Shown here: in pieces, positions 9,872 to 19,444 of the stretch | How the letters are laid out: the number at the start of each line of letters is the position of its first letter | Numbering within the stretch: position 1 is the first letter of the stretch | IMG/VR virus record: IMGVR_UViG_3300036766_002280 | Coordinates: 1-54,802 of that record | Strand: one strand, 5' to 3' | Origin: a virus | Lineage: Duplodnaviria; Heunggongvirae; Uroviricota; Caudoviricetes | DNA: 54,802 nt | Notes under the pieces: model-generated | The model's input: the letters and a program-made list of their open reading frames with translations, nothing else | Told to the model about the DNA's origin: nothing | Database searches by the model: none | Translations under genes and position numbers: made by a program

Positions 9872-11404
9872 ATGGAAAATTTAAAACAAGAGTTACAGGA
9901 TTTGATTGTAAAATTCGGTAATATTGGTTCAGTGTTGAGATCTATGAGATCTAATTTGGAATTACAAATTCATCTGAAAGAATTAACTTCGTTTTTACCA
10001 GATAGTGCGTCAATCTCACAAAGAATTTGGCATGTAATGAGTAATGTTACGTCTATAAACAAATGTATTTTTTGTGGAAATAATACTAATTTTAGGATAT
10101 TCAGTGAGGGATACTCGGAATATTGTAGTAGAAAATGTGCCAGTTTAGGAACTGTTGAACGCAGAAAAGAAATCTTTTTAGCTAGATATGGAGTAGAAAA
10201 TCCAGCAAAATCTGCAGAAGTACAAGAAAAAACAAAACAAACTTGTTTAGAAAGGTATGGAGTAGAAAATCCTAGGCAATCCCAAGATGTTATTGAAAAA
10301 ACTAAAATAACCTGCTTAGAAAGATACGGAGTCAAATCCTATTCTCAAACTAGTGAGTACAAAGAAAAATTTAAGCAAACTTCATTAGAGCGTTATGGGG
10401 TAGAAAATCCCAATCAAGCTACGTCTGTAAGAGCTAAATATGTTAATACCTGTAAAGATAAATATGATATTACAAATACTTTTCAATTAACAAAACAGGA
10501 AGATCGAGAACAATCTTGTATAGAAAAGTATGGAGTAAAAAATCCATTTCAAATTCCGGAAGTTCAAGAACAAGTTCGTCAAACAAACTTAGAAAGATAT
10601 GGATTTGAAAATGTTGCATCATCCCCAGAGATTCAGGAAAAGATTTCTAGGTCTGTTAGGGACTACTGTCAGGATCATGATAATCCATTTTTGGGGAAAC
10701 ATCACACAGAAGAATCAATTCAAAAAATGAAGGAAGCAAAAATTAAGTGGAAAGAAAATGGAGGAAGAATAGTAAGAACTGAAGAGTATTGTAGTCTTCT
10801 AAGTACAGCATTAATAAAATATCACGCTTCTAGATCTGTAGAAGAAAAAAAGAAACAGGCTATGATTATGACGAATGCCAGAAAAGAACAGAATACAATT
10901 CCTTGGGCTAAAGGTCTAACTAAAGAGACGGATGAAAGAATTCTTAGGATCTCTCAAAAACAATTAAGAAAAATTATATCAGAAGAAACACATAAAAAAC
11001 AATCGATAGCTGCTATAAAAAGAATAATTCAACATGGGCCATCTTATGTTCATAGACATTATTGTAAAGGGCACTTTTATTCTGAAAAATCAAATTCGAA
11101 GTTAAGATATGATTCTTCTTATGAGTTAGTTGCTTTCAAGTCGTTGGAACAGCGAGTTGATATTCAAAGTTATGATCGATGCAAGTTTTATATTGAATAT
11201 TTATTGGATGAAAAAATTCATAGATATTCTCCAGATTTTCATGTTGTTTATGAAAATGGTATTCAAGAAATAATTGAAGTCAAACCTTCCGATCTTGTTT
11301 ATTGGAAAATTAATCAAATAAAAATTCAAGCTGGGGAAAAATATTGTAAACAACGTAGCTGGAATTTTACTGTTTGGACTGAAAAAGAGCTAGGAATCAA
11401 ATAA
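9872..11404 (+). CDS. Putative homing endonuclease: zinc motif, 'ERYGVENP' repeats, NUMOD3-like motif, C-terminal TnsA-N-like PD-(D/E)xK nuclease
   Basis: 'CIFCG...YCSRKC'; about 5-6 '(L/I)E(R/K)YGV(E/K)N(P)' repeats; 'WAKGLTKETDER'; 'RYSPDFHVVY...IIEVKP'. ATG 9872 is preferred over the ORF-track GTG at 9770. Confidence 0.75.
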   Translation: MENLKQELQDLIVKFGNIGSVLRSMRSNLELQIHLKELTSFLPDSASISQRIWHVMSNVTSINKCIFCGNNTNFRIFSEGYSEYCSRKCASLGTVERRKEIFLARYGVENPAKSAEVQEKTKQTCLERYGVENPRQSQDVIEKTKITCLERYGVKSYSQTSEYKEKFKQTSLERYGVENPNQATSVRAKYVNTCKDKYDITNTFQLTKQEDREQSCIEKYGVKNPFQIPEVQEQVRQTNLERYGFENVASSPEIQEKISRSVRDYCQDHDNPFLGKHHTEESIQKMKEAKIKWKENGGRIVRTEEYCSLLSTALIKYHASRSVEEKKKQAMIMTNARKEQNTIPWAKGLTKETDERILRISQKQLRKIISEETHKKQSIAAIKRIIQHGPSYVHRHYCKGHFYSEKSNSKLRYDSSYELVAFKSLEQRVDIQSYDRCKFYIEYLLDEKIHRYSPDFHVVYENGIQEIIEVKPSDLVYWKINQIKIQAGEKYCKQRSWNFTVWTEKELGIK

Positions 11405-11448
11405 CAACTCTAAACAACAAACATAGCTACAAAGGAAAGGACGTAATA

Positions 11449-12069
11449 ATGAGTAAGAGCATGAGCACGAGTAAACGTAAGAGTAAAAAACAGGAAGCAA
11501 ATTCAAACGCTAACGAACAAGTTTGTATAGCATGCCAACACGGTGATCACAGTAAATGCGTAAACTCAAACGTAGCTACAGAGAGTACTAATACTAATAC
11601 GAGTACGAACGAGAATGAGAATGAGAATCTTTGGTTCGATAATTTGGTTAAATACCTTGTAGCAAGAAATTCTACAGATAATCGAATTGATCCGAATATT
11701 CTTGAAGATGTGGTCACGTCGTTCGTTTATATTACTTATGAAATTCCACGATTCGTAGATTTGTTGCCTATTCTATGCAGTGCTAGAAATTTCATTGATG
11801 AGTTTGATAATCTGGAAGAAAACATAGTTGGGGATGATTACCAGCCTTGTGCAGAAGATGCCCAAAAATTAAATGATTATGTTTTGAACAGGTTAAATCC
11901 AAACAAAGTAATTGATTTGTTTTTTGTAGATATGACTACTTATATTTTGGTTCAATTTGATGATTTTAGAGACTGCGTTCAAGTACTAGCACAGTTCGAT
12001 CAACATTGCGGGGAATACCAGCAGTTGATAGAACGAGAAAAAGAGGAAGCAGAAGATCTAGTACGATAA
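11449..12069 (+). CDS. Hypothetical acidic protein with low-complexity N-terminus
   Basis: AAGGA RBS; 'CIACQHGDHSKC' and TNTNTS/NENENEN tracts. Confidence 0.5.
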   Translation: MSKSMSTSKRKSKKQEANSNANEQVCIACQHGDHSKCVNSNVATESTNTNTSTNENENENLWFDNLVKYLVARNSTDNRIDPNILEDVVTSFVYITYEIPRFVDLLPILCSARNFIDEFDNLEENIVGDDYQPCAEDAQKLNDYVLNRLNPNKVIDLFFVDMTTYILVQFDDFRDCVQVLAQFDQHCGEYQQLIEREKEEAEDLVR

Positions 12070-12102
12070 CAATAAGTCTAGCATTAGCAAAGGAGGTTCC
12101 AG

Positions 12103-12441
12103 TTGCTGGCAGAGTTAGTTTTGTCTTATGCCTTGATGTCCAGTGAGCCAATTTATCTGCGTCAAGCAGGCGAACCAGTAGTAGATTCTATTGTTCAACT
12201 TAACGTTGAAAAACGTTGGGATAATAATATTTTTCTAAAAATTACTCCTTACGTTATGAGAAACTGGGCTCAAGATATTACAGGAAGGGCAGGGGCAGAA
12301 TTAGAACTGGGTTACTCTTTCAAGTACTTTGATCTAGGTTACTATCACCATTCAGCTCATAATCTGGATCAAAATTTTGGGTCATCAGTTGAGTTAGATA
12401 TGGTTAGGATGCATATATCACTTATTGATACGAGGAAATAG
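12103..12441 (+). CDS. Small beta-strand-rich protein, possibly exported / outer-membrane beta-barrel-like
   Basis: TTG after AAGGAGG; short hydrophobic N-terminus; alternating strands 'AELELGYSFKYFDLGYYHHSAHNLD'. Confidence 0.35.
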   Translation: MLAELVLSYALMSSEPIYLRQAGEPVVDSIVQLNVEKRWDNNIFLKITPYVMRNWAQDITGRAGAELELGYSFKYFDLGYYHHSAHNLDQNFGSSVELDMVRMHISLIDTRK

Positions 12442-12444
12442 ATT

Positions 12445-13299
12445 ATGGCACCAGTGTGGAAGGACGTATATTTAGGATACGAGCAATGGACGACTTGGTC
12501 CCACGTTTTGGATCAGCATTGGCAACTCCTTCTAACGGGTGGGCAAATCTGTAAAGTTCTCATTCGAAACCAGACTGGAACGCCAGTGGGGGATCAAGAA
12601 AATCCTATTCCAATTTCTGTTTGGAATTCTGATTCTACATCGACCTCGCCTAGAAAAAGAATCTGGACATCAGGAGATGATGAAACACTTTATCCTAATC
12701 CAGATTCTGTTCGAGTGTTTGTAGATTCAACGGAACTTCATCGTACTTACAATTACAAAACTATTCAAACGAATAATGAGTTCTATGTTGAGGTTCAGGA
12801 TAAGAAACTTGATTATGTTGACAACGTTTCTATCTATTTGAATAAAGGATACAGTACGACAGGTCATGCGATAACCTATTTGTACACAGCACGTGCAAAG
12901 TCCATTAATCTTTTCAATCAGCAACCAAAGCAGGATCAGACTAATTTTAGATCGCTGTTCGGATTTACTCAGTACATTAACCCTTCGTATACGTTTAGAA
13001 ACATGTCGTTTCCACACAGCATTGCTATTAGCTTTCCACCTCCACCTCCACTAGACACAAAATTCAGCGGGTTCGGTAAAGCGGAGCAGTGGCAGAATAG
13101 GGCTTGGACTTTAGGGGATCCATTAATTTTACATGAGTTCGATATTATTTATCGGGTTTCAGATCAACGGTGGTATGAACTCAGAGATATCGAGCCAAAC
13201 GTGATTATGTATAAAGGGGTATGGAAGGTAATGACTCAAAGCTTTACTCTAACCCAAGTAGGGCCAAACGATGTTATTAGGCAATTTCCGTTGATTTAA
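12445..13299 (+). CDS. Putative neck/head-closure protein
   Basis: Position between adaptor and tail-completion genes; C-terminal beta-barrel-like 'HEFDIIYRVSDQRWYELRDI'. Confidence 0.4.
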   Translation: MAPVWKDVYLGYEQWTTWSHVLDQHWQLLLTGGQICKVLIRNQTGTPVGDQENPIPISVWNSDSTSTSPRKRIWTSGDDETLYPNPDSVRVFVDSTELHRTYNYKTIQTNNEFYVEVQDKKLDYVDNVSIYLNKGYSTTGHAITYLYTARAKSINLFNQQPKQDQTNFRSLFGFTQYINPSYTFRNMSFPHSIAISFPPPPPLDTKFSGFGKAEQWQNRAWTLGDPLILHEFDIIYRVSDQRWYELRDIEPNVIMYKGVWKVMTQSFTLTQVGPNDVIRQFPLI

Positions 13300-13301
13300 G
13301 A

Positions 13302-13511
13302 TTGAAAGGGATAAACGTGGAAGATCAAAAAAGTAATACGAATGTAGACGTAGATGATATAGTAAAGCTTATTACCACTGCAATAGGGCAACCTGCAAAA
13401 GAACTCAAAGAAGAGATAAAGAATTTAGCAACAGTAATCGAGAATAAGAAGATGATACAAGTTCGCACCATTAAAGAAGGAAAGATTGTTACAATTTCTA
13501 AACTTGTTTGA
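13302..13511 (+). CDS. Hypothetical protein (69 aa)
   Basis: ORF in the co-oriented operon; start uncertain. Confidence 0.35.
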   Translation: MKGINVEDQKSNTNVDVDDIVKLITTAIGQPAKELKEEIKNLATVIENKKMIQVRTIKEGKIVTISKLV

Positions 13512-13640
13512 TTACTCTTTTTAGAAAAATTCTGCCTCAAATAAATCCTCTTTGATTTTCAAATTTCTTCTGTTTTTTAAATAGCATTTCCCTTTAAAAT
13601 TCTATAGAGGTAAAGATTTCTAACAATAGGTATACTATTC

Positions 13641-14270
13641 ATGTACTACCGATTATCCCAGGATATCAAATTAAACTTTATTGATTTTTTTAAAATTTTA
13701 TTCACTCAGTACAGTGAAGGAAAGATCTCTTTTGATGATGGTCGTAATAAAATAAGTTTTAGCGCCAATCCATTAAGCGGAGATCTAGATTCCTACGATT
13801 TTAAATATTTTCCTTCCGTTATGGTAGGGGTAAGCCCAGGATCTTTTAAAGATACTCATTTTAATAAGTACCGAGGTTTAGGGGTTGATGCGAATAATCT
13901 ACCTGCTAGAATGACTGGTGGAATTTTTTCAACAACTGTTAATTTTAATGTCTATGCTACCTCTGAAGATGATCGAAATGACCTTTCTGATCTTGTTTGT
14001 TCCTATCTTACAAAAGCTGATACCAAAGCAGGATTTTTAAATCAATTTGGCATAAGAATAGAATCCCCTAAGTTTTCTGGAGACAGTAAAGAAGAAGATC
14101 CACAAACAAACGTTATGATATTTTCTACTGTAATTTCACTTTCGTTAGAAGCAGATTTTGAAGATGCCACTACTATTGTGGATGCTAGTGGGAGAACTGG
14201 TTTAACAGTTCTTGATGTGATTTCTTTAATCGCTTCCCAGCGCGGAAGTGGGGAAATAGTGGGCTACTAA
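13641..14270 (+). CDS. Putative tail terminator/completion protein
   Basis: Immediately upstream of the sheath; 'YFPSVMV...NFNVYATSEDDRNDLSDLV' pattern typical of tail-completion proteins. Confidence 0.55.
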   Translation: MYYRLSQDIKLNFIDFFKILFTQYSEGKISFDDGRNKISFSANPLSGDLDSYDFKYFPSVMVGVSPGSFKDTHFNKYRGLGVDANNLPARMTGGIFSTTVNFNVYATSEDDRNDLSDLVCSYLTKADTKAGFLNQFGIRIESPKFSGDSKEEDPQTNVMIFSTVISLSLEADFEDATTIVDASGRTGLTVLDVISLIASQRGSGEIVGY

Positions 14271-14314
14271 TATTGAAAGCTGTATCAAAAGAATTATCGA
14301 ATAAGGAGAATTAA

Positions 14315-16006
14315 ATGAGTTCAAGAATTCCGGGGGCTATTGCAAATGTCGTATCGGCGGCGGGTCTTATTACAGGTGGAAATGGGGTTAGAAAACCTGT
14401 AATACTTGGCGTTGGCGATATAAAAGTTTTGGTTACGGACGAGAAGGTCAATCGTGGAACTACAGCAGGAACAAAAGATGTTTTAGCTAGTACCTTATAT
14501 GATTCCAGCTCGATTGTAAAAATAGGTAACAGTCCAGGAAGCACAGATTGGACTCCGACATCTCAGTATGTTGCTGATACTGCTACAAACGCAGTGGATT
14601 GGTCGCCTGGCCCTGACATTGGTGGCACAACTCCGATTACTGTTTATGGAACAATCGTTGCAGCTGTACCATCTGATTCTACTACAACCCATATAGTAGT
14701 CAATAACTCTGCTGCTTTATTCAATACGACGACTAATTATTATGCTGGAGCTTCTGTTGTTGTTACCAATCCAGATAGTTCAAACTACGGGCAATCTCAG
14801 ACCATTACGGCATCAGTTATTAATAATACAACTAATTTAAAGTTTACGTTGGGAGTTGAGTTTACTCAATCTCTTCTAGTAGGGGCAACAGTTCTTGTTA
14901 CCTTAACTCCTGATGAACCAGGTTCTGGTCAAGAATATTATATAACCTATTACAAAAAATTAAACAACTTTACTTTGACGGAATATACTTCTGAAGCAGA
15001 TATCAAGAAAGCTTTTGGAGATATTAGTCTTAGTAGTGGATCTAGTAATCCTAACAAGCTAACTATTGGGGCTTTACTGGCACTTAGAAATGGGGCTCAA
15101 TCTGTAATTGTAGGACAACTTGATTATTCAAGTTGGGGTAGTAAACTTTCTCCTACCGAGTCTGAATACAATGCCAGTTTAAATACTCAGTTGGAGGCGT
15201 TGAAGCAATGGACCAATTTTAAATATTATGTTGTTCCAATGATTGATTTCGTGGGACCTACTGCTTCGACAAGTTGGCCAACAAATGGGCAAAGTTGTAT
15301 TACGTCGGTTTGGAATCATTGTAAACTTCTTTCAGCTCCAGAGAACAAAGGAGAACGTACTTGTATTGCTGGATGGAGTAGAGGAACAACACAGCCTACT
15401 TTTGTGGCTCTTGGCCCTGCCTATGCAAGTTCAAGGTTGATTTTAGTAGCTCCGGCTGAAACAAGATTTTCAGATTTGTCCTCTGTGGCTTTAAATGGTA
15501 GTATTGCCGCTGCGGCATACGCTGGTATGAGATGCTTTCCGGCAAGGGTATCTACTACCATTACAGGACAAGCCCTTACTGGAGTATCAATTGAAACTGT
15601 TTATACTCCTTCGCAGATAAGAGATCTGTTGGGGGCAGGTATTGCGGTACTTCAATCGACAGCTGGAGTTGTTAATATCGTCCATGATAAAACAACTAAT
15701 ACAGCTACGGCAGATACAGAAGAGGTTTCTGTCATTGAGGTGGCTGATTATCTTAAACGGCAAACAAGAGAGACTTTGTTCAATATCTACAAAGGGGCTC
15801 CAATCGATGCGGTTCTTCCTTCTGCTATGGGCGGAACAATGGCAAAGATTTTTGAAAAGGAAATTACAAACATTAACATTGTATCTTACAAGGACATCAG
15901 TGTCGTGCAGGATACATCCGAACCAAGGCTGATGGTTGTCAACGCAAAAGTAAAACCAATCTATCCACTTGTATGGATCGATATAACTATGTCATTCTAT
16001 GTTTAA
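14315..16006 (+). CDS. Contractile tail sheath protein
   Basis: N-terminal 'RIPGAIA'; C-terminal sheath features 'AAAAYAG', 'LLGAGIAVL', 'EVSVIEVADYL', 'VNAKVKPIYPLVWIDITM'. Confidence 0.9.
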   Translation: MSSRIPGAIANVVSAAGLITGGNGVRKPVILGVGDIKVLVTDEKVNRGTTAGTKDVLASTLYDSSSIVKIGNSPGSTDWTPTSQYVADTATNAVDWSPGPDIGGTTPITVYGTIVAAVPSDSTTTHIVVNNSAALFNTTTNYYAGASVVVTNPDSSNYGQSQTITASVINNTTNLKFTLGVEFTQSLLVGATVLVTLTPDEPGSGQEYYITYYKKLNNFTLTEYTSEADIKKAFGDISLSSGSSNPNKLTIGALLALRNGAQSVIVGQLDYSSWGSKLSPTESEYNASLNTQLEALKQWTNFKYYVVPMIDFVGPTASTSWPTNGQSCITSVWNHCKLLSAPENKGERTCIAGWSRGTTQPTFVALGPAYASSRLILVAPAETRFSDLSSVALNGSIAAAAYAGMRCFPARVSTTITGQALTGVSIETVYTPSQIRDLLGAGIAVLQSTAGVVNIVHDKTTNTATADTEEVSVIEVADYLKRQTRETLFNIYKGAPIDAVLPSAMGGTMAKIFEKEITNINIVSYKDISVVQDTSEPRLMVVNAKVKPIYPLVWIDITMSFYV

Positions 16007-16091
16007 AATCAATAGGTTATAGAGAGTATTTAAAGTGAAATCTATTGAAAAACAATATTATGATCATACTTGTTCTTAAGGAGACTGATAA

Positions 16092-16541
16092 ATGGCAACT
16101 TTAGTTCCTCAAACTCAAACGCTTAGTACTTTTTCGTATGATGTTCTAGCGAATGGGAACAAAATAGGGAATCTTCAAACTTTTGCTCCCAGTTCTACTA
16201 AAACTCTTACTCGTGTTCGTCAAATAGCTTCAGCACAAGCTGGAGAATCTGTCGAGATTGTTCCAGGTATTACCGATCATCAAATCACGGTTACAACTTT
16301 AGAGTTGTATCGGCAAAAAACTATGGAGGCATTTGGCTATTCCAATTTTGCATCCATTGAAGATCTTCGGAATTCGATTGATATCAAAGAACGTATTGTA
16401 AAACCAGATGGTACTACATCTGTAATTGATTACCAAGAATGTTGGGTACAGACTTTTAATAAAACAGGCATCGCTGCGAACGGGAATGTGGTAACTGACA
16501 ACGTTACTTTCTGGGTAACAAGGGTCAGACAAGGGACCTGA
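16092..16541 (+). CDS. Tail tube protein
   Basis: 149 aa directly after the sheath; 'VEIVPG...ITVTTLELY...IDIKE...YQECWVQ' pattern. Confidence 0.85.
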   Translation: MATLVPQTQTLSTFSYDVLANGNKIGNLQTFAPSSTKTLTRVRQIASAQAGESVEIVPGITDHQITVTTLELYRQKTMEAFGYSNFASIEDLRNSIDIKERIVKPDGTTSVIDYQECWVQTFNKTGIAANGNVVTDNVTFWVTRVRQGT

Positions 16542-16556
16542 AATTATAGAAAGTAC

Positions 16557-16585
16557 TTGAATTTTTGTAGGAAAATTACTATAAT
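16557..16585 (+). promoter_or_regulatory. Sigma70-type promoter directly upstream of the ATG at 16593 (probable leaderless transcript)
   Basis: TTGAAT (16557-16562), 17 nt, TATAAT (16580-16585); ATG 7 nt later; no Shine-Dalgarno. Confidence 0.6.
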
Positions 16586-16592
16586 TAGTGCT

Positions 16593-18611
16593 ATGATTCC
16601 TAACGATACTTCCATTGTTAATAAGTATAAATCTACGCTTTCGGATCAAAAGCTTGGGGATCTTAATCCAGCTAAAAGGCCCGAAGTTAGACAAAAAATA
16701 AAAGATTCGCTACTCTCTAGAAAGTCCAATTTTGTAATTTTGAACTTATCCAAAGAAAGTCTTCTTGAAGAAATTAGTAATTTATTTTCCAGTAAGGCTA
16801 ACAATATCAAAAGTATTTCATCTTATCTTAGTCATAATACTTCTTTAGCTAAGGAAATAGAGCGCCATACTCCATTTTTAGTCACTGCGAATACTAATCA
16901 ACGACTTTATCATCTCAGGCACAATCTTGTTGAGCAGGGTAAATGCCTAACCTGTTGTAGTATTACTAAATTTGAAAATTATGCTAAAGGATATAGATCT
17001 TGGTGCAGTGTTGAATGCGTTCAAAATTCCACTCAGATTCAGGATAAAAAGAAGAAAACTTCATTTCAAAACTATGGAGCAGAATATGCCTTACAATCTG
17101 AATTAATCCAGAATAGGAAAAAACAAACAAATCTTGAACGATTTGGGGTAGAGGAACCTCTTAAATGTGATACTATAAAAGAAAAAATAAAACAAACAAA
17201 TCTTGAACGATTTGGGGTAGAAAATCCTTTTGAATTAGAGTCGATTCAAGAAAAAATAAGAGTAACAAATCTTGAACGTTATGGGGTAGCCTACCCACTT
17301 CAAAATAAAGAAGTACAAGAAAAAACAAAACAAACAAATCTTGAACGTTATGGAGTAGAAAATCCAGCAAAATCTGTAGAAGTACAAGAAAAAACAAAAC
17401 AAACTTGTTTAGAAAGGTATGGAGTAGAAAATCCAGCAAAATCTGCAGAAGTACAAGAAAGAATTAAGCAAACTAATCTTGAACGTTTTGGCTTTGAGAG
17501 TCCTTTTAAAAATAAGGAAATTAGAGATAAAACAAATAAAAAAATTTTTCAAAAGACTTATTTTAAATTACTGCACAACGATAAATTTAGTACTAAAATC
17601 AGGCCATTATTTTTACTAGAAGATTTCAAAGGGGTAGAATTCAGGTACAAATTTCAATGTCTAAAATGTGAGAATGTTTTTGAAGATAATTTACGAGATG
17701 GCAAAATTCCAAGATGTTGCATTTGTTTTCCTCATGCCAAATCCATATTAGAAAATAACATTCATGATTTTTTAAAATTGTGTAATGTTCCAAATATTTC
17801 TAGGAATTCCAAATCAATTATTCCTCCTCTAGAACTTGATTTGTACCTTCCTAATCATAAATTAGCTATCGAATTTAATGGAGTATTTTGGCATAGTGAA
17901 AACAGTCCTGGAGGCACAAGTCCTCAATATCATCTCAACAAGACTAAACTTTGCGAAGAAAAAGGAATTCAACTTCTTCATATCTTTGAAGATGAGTGGA
18001 TTGAAAAACAAGAGATTGTGAAATCAATTATCAAAAACAAACTAGGTTTAATAGAAAACAAAATCTATGCTCGTAATTGTGAGATCCGAGATGTTAGCAA
18101 CGAAGAAGCCTACAACTTTCTTTTTGATAATCATCTTCAAACTCCTGTAAATTCTAAGCACAATTTTGGATTGTATACTAAAGACAACGAACTAATGTAT
18201 TTGATAGGTTTGTCCAAACCTAGATTCAACAAAAAGTACGAGTACGAATTAGTTCGTTCTTGTCCTAGAATAAGTACTAGTGTAATTGGTGGATTTTCTA
18301 AACTTTTAAACTATGCTGTTAAAACTTTACAAATAAAAAGTTTAGTCAGCTACGTTGATAAACGATACTTTACTGGGTCTGGATACAACGATAAAAATTG
18401 GAAGTTAGCACATGAAACCACTCCGAATTACTTCTACACTACCGGGAATGTTTTAAGGGAATCACGAGTCAAATTCCAAAAACATAAACTAAAGCATTTG
18501 TTTCCCGATTTATACGATGCAAAACTAACTGAATGGCAGATCATGCAGTTAGCCGGATACGACCGTATCTGGGACTGCGGCAACCTAGTATTCGAGCTAA
18601 TTATTCAGTAA
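16593..18611 (+). CDS. Putative Hef-like homing endonuclease: 'ERYGVENP' repeats, zinc ribbon, PD-(D/E)xK domain and C-terminal GNAT/Mom-like domain
   Basis: About 7 'LER(F/Y)GVE(N/E)P'-type repeats; 'CLKCENVF...CCIC'; 'ELDLYLPNHKLAIEFNGVFWHS'; 'LVSYVDKRYFTGSGY...PNYFY...RIWDCGNLVF'. The ORF-track TTG at 16557 is the promoter -35 box. Confidence 0.75.
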   Translation: MIPNDTSIVNKYKSTLSDQKLGDLNPAKRPEVRQKIKDSLLSRKSNFVILNLSKESLLEEISNLFSSKANNIKSISSYLSHNTSLAKEIERHTPFLVTANTNQRLYHLRHNLVEQGKCLTCCSITKFENYAKGYRSWCSVECVQNSTQIQDKKKKTSFQNYGAEYALQSELIQNRKKQTNLERFGVEEPLKCDTIKEKIKQTNLERFGVENPFELESIQEKIRVTNLERYGVAYPLQNKEVQEKTKQTNLERYGVENPAKSVEVQEKTKQTCLERYGVENPAKSAEVQERIKQTNLERFGFESPFKNKEIRDKTNKKIFQKTYFKLLHNDKFSTKIRPLFLLEDFKGVEFRYKFQCLKCENVFEDNLRDGKIPRCCICFPHAKSILENNIHDFLKLCNVPNISRNSKSIIPPLELDLYLPNHKLAIEFNGVFWHSENSPGGTSPQYHLNKTKLCEEKGIQLLHIFEDEWIEKQEIVKSIIKNKLGLIENKIYARNCEIRDVSNEEAYNFLFDNHLQTPVNSKHNFGLYTKDNELMYLIGLSKPRFNKKYEYELVRSCPRISTSVIGGFSKLLNYAVKTLQIKSLVSYVDKRYFTGSGYNDKNWKLAHETTPNYFYTTGNVLRESRVKFQKHKLKHLFPDLYDAKLTEWQIMQLAGYDRIWDCGNLVFELIIQ

Positions 18612-18641
18612 ACGAACTGGAATTGAAAACGTGGAGATAAT

Positions 18642-19163
18642 ATGTCTGAACAGGAAGATAGCGCTAGAACAAAAGAGGAGAAGTTTTTAGATTTACCACC
18701 CACCACTAATGATTTTAATACCGCACAATATGGCCTGTTCCTAGATACCTTATTTAGTCTAGGAGACGTAAGAGATACCGTATTCGAAATCTTTCCAGGA
18801 TTCGTAGTATCTTTACGAATTCTTACCCCGATCGAACAAATTGAAGTAATGAAAAAAGTCGATGCCTCTGAAGGTAATTTATCTAAAGTTTTAATTTTAA
18901 AACTTGAAACTTTGGCTCGTTGTGTTGAAAAAATAAATGGGCAATATCTCCGTTTTTCAGATTCCATGATTGAGGAATGGCAAGATTTTAGAGGCGGCAT
19001 AAAAGATAAACCTACCGAAATAGAACAGCAACGCTTCGTTTTGCAATATCGTTTTAAACAATTTATTATTGATGAAATTTATAGAACCTATGAAAAGTTA
19101 CTGAAAAAGCAGGAAGATATTATTAATAGTTTAAAAAAAAATTCATCTCAGACCCAGCTCTAA
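18642..19163 (+). CDS. Tail assembly chaperone (gpG-like)
   Basis: Between tube and tape measure; ends '...SLKKN' at a slippery run. Confidence 0.7.
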   Translation: MSEQEDSARTKEEKFLDLPPTTNDFNTAQYGLFLDTLFSLGDVRDTVFEIFPGFVVSLRILTPIEQIEVMKKVDASEGNLSKVLILKLETLARCVEKINGQYLRFSDSMIEEWQDFRGGIKDKPTEIEQQRFVLQYRFKQFIIDEIYRTYEKLLKKQEDIINSLKKNSSQTQL

Positions 19164-19411
19164 GAATTGAAGTAGCACTTTGTGGCTATTATAAAGTTCT
19201 TCCTACTTCAGAAGATTATAAAAAACTAACTTGGATTCAAAAAATAGCCTTATTGAAAGGCATAACTGAAGATAGAAATTATGTTGGGGAGTACATTCAT
19301 TCTGTTTTAGAATCTTTAAAACCATGGTTAGATAAAGATATGTATTTTGAGCTGAAAGAACGTAAAGAGAATTTGAAAATAAATTCAAATTATGGTAAAC
19401 CTAATTTTTAA
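19130..19411 (+). CDS. -1 frameshift extension of the tail assembly chaperone (gpGT-like T segment); absent from the ORF track
   Basis: Slippery T TTA AAA AAA A at 19130-19141. The -1 frame reads KKKFISDPALRIEVALCGYYKVLPTSEDYKKLTWIQKIALL...NF until TAA at 19409-19411 and is closed by TAG at 19127-19129 just before the slip site. Confidence 0.8.
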   Translation, partial: FKKKFISDPALRIEVALCGYYKVLPTSEDYKKLTWIQKIALLKGITEDRNYVGEYIHSVLESLKPWLDKDMYFELKERKENLKINSNYGKPNF

Positions 19412-19444
19412 CTAGGTCAACTTTGTTTGGAATGAGTAAATAAA

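Noticed and set aside
6500-11630. Short (ACGAAT)n, (GAAC)n and (GAGAAT)n microsatellite-like tracts near 6500, 6885 and 11585-11625
   Set aside because: Only 2-4 imperfect units, in frame or intergenic; no evidence for phase variation.
13512-13640. AT-rich intergenic gap as a replication origin or promoter
   Set aside because: No iterons or DnaA boxes recognised; TATACT is present but without a matching -35; evidence insufficient.
17100-17500. Regularly spaced ~66-72-bp repeats resembling a CRISPR array
   Set aside because: They are in-frame coding repeats (ERYGVENP) that vary at synonymous sites, with no unique spacers and no cas genes.
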